This document shows, one piece after another, positions 21,443 through 32,903 of a DNA stretch of 64,000 nt (its first letter is position 1; the number at the start of each line of letters is the position of its first letter). Below the pieces are notes generated by a model that searched no databases, had not been told where the DNA came from, and saw only the letters and a list, made by a program, of their open reading frames with translations. The position numbers and the translations under genes are program-made. The DNA is from a virus (Duplodnaviria; Caudoviricetes), in the IMG/VR virus record IMGVR_UViG_3300021256_000062, positions 64,001-128,000 of that record; one strand, written 5' to 3'.

Positions 21443-21841
21443 TTAAACCATCCTATTCCTTAATTTATATAATTGGTAATAACTATATCCTTGATTTATT
21501 ATATCGTTAAACCATTTTGAAATTGTATATGTTCCTTTTACATCTAAATTACCAAACTCAATTAAATTAATTAACTCCGATATTTTATGACCACCATATC
21601 GTGCATTAGAATTTAAATCTAATAAATAATAATGTTTTGTTATAGTGACATATGAGTGGTTAAGTGCATATATTAATATGTCATATGTATAAGTTGGTTT
21701 TCCAAATAATCTGGTTAAATACTTATCCATTTTAACATATTTATAATTCATTCTATCTGAATTCCACTTAACTTTTAAAATGTATGGAACAAAATTTATA
21801 AAATATCCATCTGAGTAATTATCATAAATTTTTAATTGCAT
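21443..21841 (-). CDS. hypothetical virion-module protein
   Basis: Packed ORF. Confidence 0.6.
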   Translation of the reverse strand: MQLKIYDNYSDGYFINFVPYILKVKWNSDRMNYKYVKMDKYLTRLFGKPTYTYDILIYALNHSYVTITKHYYLLDLNSNARYGGHKISELINLIEFGNLDVKGTYTISKWFNDIINQGYSYYQLYKLRNRMV

Positions 21842-21842
21842 A

Positions 21843-22703
21843 TTATAAATCCTTTATTTGGTTTAAATATGTCTTTAAATCTTTTAATAATTCTTTATCT
21901 CCACTTATTTTACTTAATAAATTATCTAATTTATCTTTATCTTGAATTTCTTCCTTATTGTCTTTCTTAATATTTCTAGATAATAATGAAACATTCTTTC
22001 TAATTTCTTGTTCAGTTCTCATTAATTTATTAATTTTATTTGGAGTTGGTTTTGCACCATCATAATATAATACAAGATTAACCAATTCTCTATAACTAGG
22101 TTTAGATGAATCTACAAATTGATGTCCAACACTATCACCTGAAAATGTAATTAATCTAGGAGTTCCATCTTGATTTTCAACATCTTGATATTCACTAACT
22201 AATCTTCTACTTTCATAATCATCAGTTAAGTATGCCCAAACATCAATTACATAATCTTGTTTTCTCTCATTATCATCATAGAATTCTGAGTCCTCTAAAA
22301 CACTTGCCCTAGTTCCATCCATTAAAGATTTATTAGTTAGTACATTATTAGAGTATTTATTGTTTATTATTGCCAACTCATTATAAGTGGGCTTTATGTT
22401 AACTCTATTTAAATACTCTAAATAATTAATGAAAGGATTACTATTTTTATTTAATGTTTTAAATGCTGACACCCAATTACCAATTAAATTCATAGAAGAT
22501 TCATCATCTACAAGATATGATAAATTTTTAAGATTATTTATAATGTAATAAGAAACTACTTTATTAATATCTTCTGGAGCACCTGTAATTGCTTTTTGTA
22601 ATGCACCTTCATAATCATTTCTTTGTACTAAATCATAAATATCAGTACTTGTAAATTCTTGTTCAGTAGGAAGACTTGCTTCAGTTAAAATCAATTTATT
22701 CAT
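21843..22703 (-). CDS. hypothetical protein, possible internal head protein
   Basis: N-terminal MNKLILTEA carries the LxE motif. Confidence 0.6.
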   Translation of the reverse strand: MNKLILTEASLPTEQEFTSTDIYDLVQRNDYEGALQKAITGAPEDINKVVSYYIINNLKNLSYLVDDESSMNLIGNWVSAFKTLNKNSNPFINYLEYLNRVNIKPTYNELAIINNKYSNNVLTNKSLMDGTRASVLEDSEFYDDNERKQDYVIDVWAYLTDDYESRRLVSEYQDVENQDGTPRLITFSGDSVGHQFVDSSKPSYRELVNLVLYYDGAKPTPNKINKLMRTEQEIRKNVSLLSRNIKKDNKEEIQDKDKLDNLLSKISGDKELLKDLKTYLNQIKDL

Positions 22704-23218
22704 TATGTATCTTCCTCCACTAATAAATTAAATGTATCTTGTGAATGAGATAATTGACTTCTGTCAAAATTATCTATATATTCAGGAACTATCTTACATG
22801 CAACTGAAGCTGGGTAAATCATTATTCCACTGATATCTACTACTCTAAATACTCTTCCCTTTGTATTATCAAATCCACTTGGAACAATGAATAATGCTCC
22901 TTGTTGCAAATTCTCTAAATCATATGGAACGTGTATAACTGAAGCATCTTCTTGTCTTTCAGAATTCCATCCTAATAATTTAGTAGTCTTTTGTGTAGGG
23001 TGTTCTTCAAAGATACATCCTACAACTTTAGGAGAACTGTAACTAGATATCAATTCTCCTTGTGTAGTATATTGTTTATTTTGATTAATAGGAGTTTTGT
23101 ATAAACAATTTACTCCCATTAATCTAACCATTTCTTTGAACCATTGTCTATGTAACTTAATATCAGGAGTTAATAATTTCCCATAACTATCTCTTGATGT
23201 GATATAATTTTCATCCAT
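22703..23218 (-). CDS. neck/head-closure protein (gp14-like)
   Basis: FKEMVRLMGVNCLY; synteny with gp13- and gp15-like genes. Confidence 0.6.
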   Translation of the reverse strand: MDENYITSRDSYGKLLTPDIKLHRQWFKEMVRLMGVNCLYKTPINQNKQYTTQGELISSYSSPKVVGCIFEEHPTQKTTKLLGWNSERQEDASVIHVPYDLENLQQGALFIVPSGFDNTKGRVFRVVDISGIMIYPASVACKIVPEYIDNFDRSQLSHSQDTFNLLVEEDT

Positions 23219-23244
23219 ACTACTAACCCCTTTCTAAAATCAAA

Positions 23245-26200
23245 TTATTTTCTTCTATTAGAAACTTTACCACGAATATTTCTAGAATTTCCATCTACTT
23301 TAACTTTATAATCAAAGTTTAAACTTTCTGATAATAGTTTTTTATTTTCAACTGTACAGTTTAATGTGAATGCTTTTTTATTCTTAGCAAATGTTTCATT
23401 AATACCTTTGTATTGTAATTTATTTTCTTTTTGAGATGACTTTTCAAATAAGAATTTAGTTTCTTTTGTTTTTCCATTCTTATATGTTAATAATCCTTCA
23501 AGAATTAAATTACCTTTTTCTGATTTACAATTAGATAATTTGAAATCTTTTACATTTTCATAAACTGAAATACAATATTTATTAACTAGATTTTCAAATA
23601 ATGATTCATCAACATCATCATAAGTATCAGTAGGTTCTAACTCAGATAAGATTTCATAAACTAAATCTGGATTACCTTTTACGAAATTGAAGAATGCATC
23701 TTCTTCAGCTTGTTGTTCTTTAGTACCTCTTGGTAAATCTTCATATCCATCAGTACTTATTGTAATATCTCCAGATTGAACTCTATCTTTAAAGTCATCA
23801 TAAAGAGTATCTTCTAAATCAATGTAACTATATAATTTACCTTTGTATGCAACTTCAGGGTCTGCCCACTCACCATGCCAAATAAATTCAACTTCAGGAA
23901 CACCATAGAATAAATCAGCTTCTACTTCTCCTGTTTCTTGGTTATAATGAGCTTCTAAAAATTTAGATTTCTTTTTAGGAGTTTTATCATCACATCCTTC
24001 AGTTTTACAAGATTCTTTCTTAACACCATAATCAGCTAAAATTTGTTTAGCATTGTCGGCTTTGAATCCATTTTGTTTTAACCAATCTTTAATATGTCTT
24101 AAAGTTGTTTGTGAGTAAGTACCATAAATTACAGGTTTACCATCTTTAATTTCACCAACTAAAGTATCATATGAGAATAATTGATTCTTATCATTATTAT
24201 CTCCTGTATTTACTTGTGCTTTACCATAGAAAGATTTTCTACTATCATATTGTGGTTCTAATCCATAAATAGGTGCTTCAGTTAAACTTTCATTAGTATT
24301 ATCTTGTTCACCATTATCTCCTTTTAAGATTAATTCACAAATATGACCAATATCATTACCAAAATCAAATAATACTTCATCCCAAGTTTCATTTGTTAAA
24401 TCTGCAGGTGATGATACATATTCTTCTAATACTTCCCATTGGTCTGCAATATATGTTAATGCTGAGTCAACTTCTTCAGTTACTACATCATATATAGCAT
24501 TTTCATAGTCTCTAGTTTTTAAATCTTCAAAATCAATTCTATTTAATATTTCGGCAACAATATCTAGGAAATCGAAATTTACTGAATAATCAAAATATTT
24601 ACCAATTATATCTTTATATGGAGATTTTTGTATATCACCTTTAGCTTCTTTTAATTGTTTTGTAAAATTAGGATTTTCAAATCCATATGATTTTAATTCT
24701 TCAACTAATTTTGATTTATCTTCTAAGCTTAATGATTCTTTAATTCTCTTTGAGATTTCAATAAGTTTTTCATCAATAGGTCTTGCCTTTGCAATTTTAA
24801 TTGATTCATTCTTATTTACACCAACTCCATTTTTAACAAGTAAGTCTCTAATTACTGTTGGGTCGGCACCATATACTTCAAATCCATCATACTCCCAACC
24901 TTCGAAATCATCTACAAATCTAGAACTTTCTAGTACACCTAGTACTTCTTCATATTCAGGTTGAGAACTTGTTGTAATAATTGTATTTGCACTTACCTTA
25001 ATTGATTCATTTAATTTATCTTTAGATTCACTAATTGCTTTAGTTACTCTTCTAATAAATCTTTCCTTAATTAATTTCTTTTTAGATTCAGTTAGTGCTT
25101 TAACTTGTTTTTTAGATTCATTGATTTGTTTACCATTTTTCTTTAAAGATTCATCTAAGTCCCATTCAATATTAGTAATTGTAACAGTTCCATCTTTATC
25201 TTCAATATCTAAACCGTTAACTAAATATCCATAAGAATCTGATAAATAATCAGTAACAACATCATTTAAATCATCAGTTTCGGGGTCATAATTTAATTCT
25301 TCATAAGTAACTGTTTCTTCAGTAGGTAATCCTAAATCCTCTAATTTATCTTCATATGATGGTTCTTTTTCATTATAGTAATCTTCAACATCTTGAATCA
25401 TATCTTGGAATAAGTCATCATACATATCAGCTACCACTTGTTGGTCATCAATTACACCATAATGAACACCTAAATCTACAATATCACTTGTGTAGATTAA
25501 TCCATCATCAATTGCACCATTTACAGCATCACTAGGTTCATAACCATCATCTACCCAAGATTTTGCTCTATCAATTAAACTATTTAATACATCATAGAAC
25601 CCCTCTTTTAGTTGTTGAGATTCTTTTAAATTTTCTTTCAATGGTTCAAGATTTCCACTCATTAGTGCTTTAAAATCTTCTTTACTTCCAACTCTATACC
25701 AACAAGGTGCATTTACCGTAGTATTTATATCGTGAACTAATAAGTAATCTTGATTTTCACCATCAGTAAAATACTCAAAATTACCATCATTATATTCTGG
25801 ACCTTGATATTTGTCAAAACCATCCATATCTTTGTAAGAAACTTTATTTCCAGTATATTTACGAATTAGATTTGCAAGATATTTTTTCCAATTAATACCT
25901 TGTTCATCATCTTCCCACTCACCAGTTTCTCTTAATGATTTGTTTTCTTTTAATGGTTCTTCAATAACACTTACTTCTCCAAATAAAACATCTCTTGTTT
26001 CATCATTATCATATTCAGGATGTGCTTTAACATAATCATCAATGAATTCTAATGCAGTTTGAGCATTTCCATCATATACATAGCCTACTTTTTTCTTATA
26101 TTCTTCCCAAGCATTTTGAAAGTCTGCTAATTCGCCATAAGATAAATCTTCTTTAACTGATTTCCCACAACCTTCATCCATATTTCTATTGTGTCTCTCA

Positions 26201-26907
26201 GCTCTAGTTAAGTTTCTTTCTTTTAAATTGTCTTCTTTTTTACTCCCATCGCAAGATTCTTCTTTTGGAGTTACATTAAAAGATTTTCTAACGGCTTTAC
26301 CTACAGTCCCATCTAGACCATATTCTTCTTTTAAATTAGTGGGGATATCTTCTTTTGCATTTTTCATTTTAAAAGATTCTTTTAAAATTTTTCTTGCTTT
26401 TGCTTTTTTAGATAATCCTTCATCTACCTTTTTATCATCTTCATCGGGTTCATCTTCTGAGTCATCATCAGATTCATCGTCATCTAACCAATCAGTTAAA
26501 TCATCTAAATCATCTTCTTCAGTATCAGTTTCTCCACCATAAGGTGCGACTTTACCTTTAACTTCGAATCCATCTTTTTGTTGACAATGTGGACAAGGTT
26601 CACCTACATTAAATAATGTAGGTTCATCTTCACTTTGTTCAACCTCATCTTCATCTTTATAATGAATTGTATGACAAGTAGGGCAGTATAGAAGAAGAGA
26701 ACCTACATAAGTATCTCTTAAATCTTCTTCATCTTCTGCATCTATGTCAACTACCATTTCAATGTCAGATACATCATCAATATCTTCCATTCTTTCTTTT
26801 GCTTTCTTGGCGTCATCTTTGTCGCCTAAATTAAATTTATTTTTCTTTTTGTTTTCTTTGTCATCTAATAAATCTAATTCTTGAAATGCTTCAATTAAAT
26901 ATGACAT
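23245..26907 (-). CDS. giant acidic modular protein (1220 aa), putative head polyprotein
   Basis: More than 20 [LIV]xE[S/N/G/A] linkers; CxxC...CxxC near the N-terminus. Confidence 0.7.
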   Translation of the reverse strand: MSYLIEAFQELDLLDDKENKKKNKFNLGDKDDAKKAKERMEDIDDVSDIEMVVDIDAEDEEDLRDTYVGSLLLYCPTCHTIHYKDEDEVEQSEDEPTLFNVGEPCPHCQQKDGFEVKGKVAPYGGETDTEEDDLDDLTDWLDDDESDDDSEDEPDEDDKKVDEGLSKKAKARKILKESFKMKNAKEDIPTNLKEEYGLDGTVGKAVRKSFNVTPKEESCDGSKKEDNLKERNLTRAERHNRNMDEGCGKSVKEDLSYGELADFQNAWEEYKKKVGYVYDGNAQTALEFIDDYVKAHPEYDNDETRDVLFGEVSVIEEPLKENKSLRETGEWEDDEQGINWKKYLANLIRKYTGNKVSYKDMDGFDKYQGPEYNDGNFEYFTDGENQDYLLVHDINTTVNAPCWYRVGSKEDFKALMSGNLEPLKENLKESQQLKEGFYDVLNSLIDRAKSWVDDGYEPSDAVNGAIDDGLIYTSDIVDLGVHYGVIDDQQVVADMYDDLFQDMIQDVEDYYNEKEPSYEDKLEDLGLPTEETVTYEELNYDPETDDLNDVVTDYLSDSYGYLVNGLDIEDKDGTVTITNIEWDLDESLKKNGKQINESKKQVKALTESKKKLIKERFIRRVTKAISESKDKLNESIKVSANTIITTSSQPEYEEVLGVLESSRFVDDFEGWEYDGFEVYGADPTVIRDLLVKNGVGVNKNESIKIAKARPIDEKLIEISKRIKESLSLEDKSKLVEELKSYGFENPNFTKQLKEAKGDIQKSPYKDIIGKYFDYSVNFDFLDIVAEILNRIDFEDLKTRDYENAIYDVVTEEVDSALTYIADQWEVLEEYVSSPADLTNETWDEVLFDFGNDIGHICELILKGDNGEQDNTNESLTEAPIYGLEPQYDSRKSFYGKAQVNTGDNNDKNQLFSYDTLVGEIKDGKPVIYGTYSQTTLRHIKDWLKQNGFKADNAKQILADYGVKKESCKTEGCDDKTPKKKSKFLEAHYNQETGEVEADLFYGVPEVEFIWHGEWADPEVAYKGKLYSYIDLEDTLYDDFKDRVQSGDITISTDGYEDLPRGTKEQQAEEDAFFNFVKGNPDLVYEILSELEPTDTYDDVDESLFENLVNKYCISVYENVKDFKLSNCKSEKGNLILEGLLTYKNGKTKETKFLFEKSSQKENKLQYKGINETFAKNKKAFTLNCTVENKKLLSESLNFDYKVKVDGNSRNIRGKVSNRRK

Positions 26908-26926
26908 ATTCTAATCTCTCCTTCTA

Positions 26927-29900
26927 TTACTTTTTAATACTATCATCTAAATAACTCATTATTGAACCATATTCTTTTAATGATTCATCTTCTGGATATG
27001 AACCATATAAAACTGATTCATCTTCATCTACAACCTCAGCTGATACAGCATATCCCTTATCAACTAACCAATCACAAACATCTTTTGCTTCATCTAAATC
27101 GGAATATTCACCATAATAATCAGCAATACCCTGGTCTCTTAAAACATCATCTGCCCAATATTTAATTGAGTATTGTGCATCAGAATCATCACTTTCATTT
27201 ATATTTTCTTGAGCTTTTCTTCTCTTTATTTTCATTCTATATTTATTAGCTGGTTTTGTTTCTTTAGAAACCATAACTTTCTTTGCTAATTCATTAGAAT
27301 TTTTAATGTTCTCTTCTTTATCATCAGTTAGTTTGATTTCATCTATATCATCCCAACCATATCCCCAATTTCCTTGTAGAACTTTATATTTATCTTTTTT
27401 CTCAAATAAATTTTCAAATAATTCTTCATCAGTTAATACATCATCAACTAATTCATCTGGATGAACTATATAATAAATTAATGTTATATATGCATTTAAA
27501 TTTTCTTCATCATTTAATTTAACTAATTCATCTAAAATTTCTTCATAAGAATGGTTGTGGTGTAATAATGAATATAAATTATCATATTTTGAATCTGTTT
27601 GACTCAACTCATATGTTTCTTCTTCAAGTGGTCTTAAGATATAGTCATCATAGTACATTGGGTCTAATCTATCCACTGCGCCTACTAAATCTAACTCATC
27701 ATCTTCAATATCACCTAAATTAGCACCTTGATTGTCTCTTAATTTATATACTTCTTCTCCATCTTCATTTTGTGTCTTATAGATTGTAAAATCGAAAGAA
27801 TCAAAGAATTCTGAAGCTGTTAATTTATCAGGTTTATTTGAGTATTTAGCAACTCTCTCATTTAAGTTCTCATCAGTTCTAGGTGCGATGTATTCTAAAT
27901 GACCATAACCTGCATCTTCAGTCTCTTTAAGAGTTTCAAATGGTCCATCTATTTCTTTACCACTACTGTCATCAACAATGTACCAAGCACCATCTTGTTT
28001 TACTCTAATCCAATCTTTTTTGCTTTCCTTTAAGTTTAATTTAACTGGGTAATTACTTTCATACTCTGCAATTAAATCTTTAACTTTTTGGTCATTTAGA
28101 TTTGCTTTCTTTAATGTTTTTACATAATCTGGTGCAGCAACTGTGTGTTGACCATTATGTACATAAGCATCAAAGTTACCTTTTCTATCTCCTATTGATT
28201 TAAATACAATGATTGGTTCACCATCTTCTTCATAATAAATTTTAGCATTTAATTTTTGTACATCTTCTTTTAAGTTTTCATCAATGTATTCTTTACCAGT
28301 ATCTAATAAACATTGCAATCTATCTATTTCTGCTTCAACCTTTTTTGATGCACTACTATCCCCGTGATATTGTTTTTGTAATTTTGAATATTTGTCCACT
28401 AATCGTTGTATTTCATCTTTGATTTTGATTTTACCTTCTTTAAGACTTTCATCAAAATAATCTAAATTATCTGGATTTGCTAAAAAAGTATTATCATAGT
28501 AACCATTATATTTTCTTGGTTTATCTCTCTTGATAGTGAATACTTCTAAGTTACCTTGATAATCTCTATCAACAATGCTTCCTACATCACCAATGTTTCT
28601 TTCACCACCTTTAGACCAACCATCATTATTTACATATTTAACTCTGTCGCCTACTGAAAATACTCTATGAGGTTTTCTATCTTTTATTGGTGCATCTTCT
28701 TTTAAGTTTTCATCTAATGTACCATCATATAACGTTTCAGTATAATCTAATAAACCATTTTCATAATGAACTCTATTGATTATAATATCTCCACCATATT
28801 CATCACTTAATTCTTCAATGATTTCTTCATCTGTTGTGCCGTCAAAATACTCTCCCTCGCCCTCATCGAAATATTTAATAGTTTCACCATTACCATCAAC
28901 TACCTCAATTTGAGTATAACTATCATCCAAATTTAAACTTTCATTAGTTAACTTTGATTTAATTTTAAATCTTTCAAGTTCACTATCTTCATCATATACA
29001 TCAAATTTAGTATTAAATAGTTTTACCATCTCATTAAAGTCTTCTGGGAAAGTACTTATTGAACATTCATTTGAACTAACTAACCCAGTAACTTTAACAT
29101 CTTTATTATTTTCTTTTGCAAATTTCTTTGCATCATTAATTAGATTTTGTGTATCATCTAAAGTTTCTTTTACATTTTTATTCTTAACTAAATAAGTAAT
29201 GTCACTTACTTGTTCAACTCTATCTTTATATTTCTTGAACATTCTATCTTGTTCTTCTTTAGTTTTTGCAACATATGGATTTGAACCATCCTCAAATTTA
29301 AATTGAATCCATTTTTCATTTATAGATTCATTAACACTTCTGACTCTACTAAATTGAGAGTCAGCTGCATTAATTAATTCTTCTTCAGTTGCGTCCATTC
29401 CTAAAGTTTTAGCAAGTTTAACAAGTTCTCCTGGAGTTCCCTTAACTAGGTAATTTCCTCTAACTTTATCATATTCTAAACCTAAATCTTTTAATTGATT
29501 TTCATCAATTTCATTATTTAGTACAAAGAATCCTAATTTATTTGATTTATTTTCCTTTAATGATTCATCAGTATCATCATTCTCAGATTCATTGTCATTT
29601 CCTAAATTTCTACCAAATACTTGGAAATTAACTGCATATGGACTTCTACCATGTTTAGCATCAAATACAAATTCACCATCAGGATATTTAGCAAGTAAGT
29701 CTTTTAATATTTTATCAGGACTATCAACTCTACCATATAATCCATTTTCAAAATTGTCTCCAACTACTTCAAATCCTTTAGATTCGAAATCACTTTGGTC
29801 AAGACAAGTATTTGCTCTTCTTGGATTATTAATTAGATTATCTAAATAATCGTCTGGATTTTGTTTAATACAAGCCTCACAGTAAATACCATCATTATCT

Positions 29901-32080
29901 ACAATACCATAATCATCAGGATTACTTGAACCAAAATCAATTAATTCTCCACAACCATAACAAGCTGTAAACATATCTGAGAATCCCCATTTATCATCAA
30001 GGATTTCATCTAATTTTCTAGTATCAGTATCACTCTTTGGTTCATAATCAGGTGCTAAGAATTTTTGTAATTCAATTGCTTCATCCCAACTATCCACAAT
30101 GAAGAATGGTTCTTCATCATCATATGCTACATTTAAATTAGGGAATGCATCTAATACTTTAGAATAAGTTTCTCCATCTAAACTTTCTTTAACATTTTTC
30201 TTCTTTGATGTAAATAGTTTTGATTTATCAATAACTGATTCTTTAAAACAATTTCTACATGCTTTTTTATTAGTTGATTCATTTAATTTAAAGAATGGGT
30301 CAAATAAATCTTTACTAATCTTTTTATATGTTTGTTCAGTTAAATTATCTTCCATTAAATCTTTAGCCTTTTTAACTACCTTAGCTAAGTCATCAAATTC
30401 ATCATAAATTGTATCATCTTCAATATCAATTACTTCTTGTAATTTATCATTCATTTCATATAATGATTTATTTAAAGTACCTCTAATGAAATCACCAGCT
30501 TCTCCTTCAGTCATTGTTTCAGGAGTACCATCATATTCAGCTAAGTCAGTAACTACAATTCCTCTTGCAGATGTCCAATTACTTATCTTATCTTGAATAC
30601 TTTGTAATTTTTGTCTAATATTATTTTCAGATGTATTATTTACATTTTCAGTTACTTGTTTTGCACATTCTTCTACAACTTTATATTGACTCTTATCTTT
30701 ATTTGATGTGTACTTTGTTAAGTAGTCAATGATTTGATTTGCATCATTGAATTTACTATAATCTTGAACCATATTTGCATTTCTTACTTGTGCATCATAA
30801 TTAGATTTTGGAGTTCCCTTATATTTACCATTCTCTTTATAGATTACATAAGTTACCTTATCATCTAGGGATTCTCTTTTTGATTTTCTAACTTTTACTT
30901 TATCTTCAGGTTTAATTTCAATTTCATCTAATTCAGTTCCAGCTGTTGCAATTGCTTTTTGACCTGCATATTTAACTTTTCTATCTTGTCTAATTTTATT
31001 TAGAAGTTCTTTATTTGTTTTATAATTATTACTTGAGAATTTGTATTCATCATTTACATAAACATCTCTTTTTGCAAATGCTTCTTCAACATCTTCTTCA
31101 TCATATTTATATTGTTTGTCATAATCTCTTTCCCAAACAACACCTTCATCATATTCATCAATTACATCTTCAGACTCAAAGTCACTCACTAATGCAAATT
31201 GCAATTGTCTATGTGTTACTGAAATTCCCCTATTCTTCTTAGCGTCTGCAATTGCTTCTTCTTTAGTTTCAAAGTATTCTTCAGTTCCATCATCATATTC
31301 TACAATATATTCATCTTGCCAATCTTCTCCGGTAACTGCAAGGTCAATATCATTAATAACTCTTTCATTTTGAATTGTGATAGTAAATGTATTAGTGTCA
31401 CATCCATATGGGTCTTTTTCAACATCATTATAATCACCGCTGATTTCTCCTGTAAATGTTGAATGTGACCATCCACCACCTAATCCACAATCAAATTCAA
31501 ACTCATTATAATATTTAACTATTTGTTCAGGACTTTCTCCTTTAAATTCACTTTCCCAATAAGTAAAATTTAATTCAATTGTAGCTGGGATTGCAGCACC
31601 ATCTACTATATCTCTTCCATAATAATAAGAACTAGCACTTACATTTTCAATATCACAATTTGCAGTGGCAGTTACTGTAATTTCATTTTCTCCATATTTA
31701 TTTGTTTCTGATTTAGTATCTAATATTTTAATATCTCTTAAACTAGAAACTGAACCTTTAACACTATATCCTGCACCAGGACCTTCTCTTAATGGTTTTT
31801 TACTTTCCACTAATTTACCACCACATACTGTATTACAAATAGATTCAACTAATTTGTTTATTTCATTTGATTTATTAATCATTACTTTAATTGTATCTCT
31901 ATTTAATTTAGATGTCCAACTTTTATCATCATCACATGCATTTAATGATTCTACAATTGCATCAACTTTATCATTAATATTTAATGAGTATTTAACTTCT
32001 TTTAAACTTTCAGTTAATTTTGATTTTAGTAAATTCTTATTTGATATCATTTTCTTTTTCTCCTTATTAATCGTAAACAT
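26927..32080 (-). CDS. giant acidic modular protein (1717 aa), putative head polyprotein
   Basis: About 20 ESLKE/ENLKE-type linkers separating short domains. Confidence 0.7.
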   Translation of the reverse strand: MFTINKEKKKMISNKNLLKSKLTESLKEVKYSLNINDKVDAIVESLNACDDDKSWTSKLNRDTIKVMINKSNEINKLVESICNTVCGGKLVESKKPLREGPGAGYSVKGSVSSLRDIKILDTKSETNKYGENEITVTATANCDIENVSASSYYYGRDIVDGAAIPATIELNFTYWESEFKGESPEQIVKYYNEFEFDCGLGGGWSHSTFTGEISGDYNDVEKDPYGCDTNTFTITIQNERVINDIDLAVTGEDWQDEYIVEYDDGTEEYFETKEEAIADAKKNRGISVTHRQLQFALVSDFESEDVIDEYDEGVVWERDYDKQYKYDEEDVEEAFAKRDVYVNDEYKFSSNNYKTNKELLNKIRQDRKVKYAGQKAIATAGTELDEIEIKPEDKVKVRKSKRESLDDKVTYVIYKENGKYKGTPKSNYDAQVRNANMVQDYSKFNDANQIIDYLTKYTSNKDKSQYKVVEECAKQVTENVNNTSENNIRQKLQSIQDKISNWTSARGIVVTDLAEYDGTPETMTEGEAGDFIRGTLNKSLYEMNDKLQEVIDIEDDTIYDEFDDLAKVVKKAKDLMEDNLTEQTYKKISKDLFDPFFKLNESTNKKACRNCFKESVIDKSKLFTSKKKNVKESLDGETYSKVLDAFPNLNVAYDDEEPFFIVDSWDEAIELQKFLAPDYEPKSDTDTRKLDEILDDKWGFSDMFTACYGCGELIDFGSSNPDDYGIVDNDGIYCEACIKQNPDDYLDNLINNPRRANTCLDQSDFESKGFEVVGDNFENGLYGRVDSPDKILKDLLAKYPDGEFVFDAKHGRSPYAVNFQVFGRNLGNDNESENDDTDESLKENKSNKLGFFVLNNEIDENQLKDLGLEYDKVRGNYLVKGTPGELVKLAKTLGMDATEEELINAADSQFSRVRSVNESINEKWIQFKFEDGSNPYVAKTKEEQDRMFKKYKDRVEQVSDITYLVKNKNVKETLDDTQNLINDAKKFAKENNKDVKVTGLVSSNECSISTFPEDFNEMVKLFNTKFDVYDEDSELERFKIKSKLTNESLNLDDSYTQIEVVDGNGETIKYFDEGEGEYFDGTTDEEIIEELSDEYGGDIIINRVHYENGLLDYTETLYDGTLDENLKEDAPIKDRKPHRVFSVGDRVKYVNNDGWSKGGERNIGDVGSIVDRDYQGNLEVFTIKRDKPRKYNGYYDNTFLANPDNLDYFDESLKEGKIKIKDEIQRLVDKYSKLQKQYHGDSSASKKVEAEIDRLQCLLDTGKEYIDENLKEDVQKLNAKIYYEEDGEPIIVFKSIGDRKGNFDAYVHNGQHTVAAPDYVKTLKKANLNDQKVKDLIAEYESNYPVKLNLKESKKDWIRVKQDGAWYIVDDSSGKEIDGPFETLKETEDAGYGHLEYIAPRTDENLNERVAKYSNKPDKLTASEFFDSFDFTIYKTQNEDGEEVYKLRDNQGANLGDIEDDELDLVGAVDRLDPMYYDDYILRPLEEETYELSQTDSKYDNLYSLLHHNHSYEEILDELVKLNDEENLNAYITLIYYIVHPDELVDDVLTDEELFENLFEKKDKYKVLQGNWGYGWDDIDEIKLTDDKEENIKNSNELAKKVMVSKETKPANKYRMKIKRRKAQENINESDDSDAQYSIKYWADDVLRDQGIADYYGEYSDLDEAKDVCDWLVDKGYAVSAEVVDEDESVLYGSYPEDESLKEYGSIMSYLDDSIKK

Positions 32081-32774
32081 ATGTTAATTGAGAATTAATT
32101 CTCAATGTCTCTCTTAAATTATCTAAATCAGTTTGTCCTTCTTCAAGAAGTTGTTCACCGTCATTCTCCCAAAGTGAATTTGCAAGTTTATATCTAGTTC
32201 TAACTCTACCTACATATAATTTTGTTAATGCAATACAATATCTAACTAGTATATCAATCCAATAATCACTTTTAACATCATCAACATCTAATAATTTAGG
32301 TACACATTCAAGTGTAATATACACTGGATTATCTAATGTATTAATGTATATTTTCTTTTCTGAACTATCCCATACAAATGCTAAGTCAGTTGATATAGTA
32401 TTTCTTATTTGTAATTTTGTGTTCCAAGCACCAAATCTCTCGGTAAAATCATTCAAGTTATATAAGTTATATCCATTACTGAATAGAAGAAATGCTGAAG
32501 CATAAAATGGGTCTAAAGCACCACCTCTATATGCATCTCCATCTCCATAACTTGAAGTTCTAAATACTCTAGATACTGAACTGATATTACTATCTTTTAA
32601 ATCTATACATTTAGAGTATGGCACTGTAATAAATTTAGTGGAGTCTATATATCTTTGAAGTTCTCTCAATGCTTTATCAATTATTTGATTTAATGTTTTA
32701 TCATCTAACTCCAATTCTAAAATGTTAGCAGTTAGTTCTAATCTAATTTCGGAAATTATTTCTTCTCTTGTCAT
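32067..32774 (-). CDS. neck/head-tail adaptor (gp13-like)
   Basis: LELELDDKTLNQIIDKAL...WIDILVRYCIALTKLYVGRVRTRY...DGEQLLEEG. Confidence 0.8.
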   Translation of the reverse strand: MTREEIISEIRLELTANILELELDDKTLNQIIDKALRELQRYIDSTKFITVPYSKCIDLKDSNISSVSRVFRTSSYGDGDAYRGGALDPFYASAFLLFSNGYNLYNLNDFTERFGAWNTKLQIRNTISTDLAFVWDSSEKKIYINTLDNPVYITLECVPKLLDVDDVKSDYWIDILVRYCIALTKLYVGRVRTRYKLANSLWENDGEQLLEEGQTDLDNLRETLRINSQLTYVYD

Positions 32775-32804
32775 TTTGCATATAACTCCTTTACATCAAA
32801 TTAT

Positions 32805-32821
32805 ATCTATATAATTTAGCT
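32805..32821 (-). promoter_or_regulatory. putative late promoter
   Basis: AGCTAAATTATATAGAT, identical to 20826-20842. Confidence 0.6.
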
Positions 32822-32903
32822 CACTTATTTTTATAAACTTTAAAATATTGATAATCAGTAGTTTCCTACATACTATTATACAATTTTTTAATTATAAAAT
32901 GAC

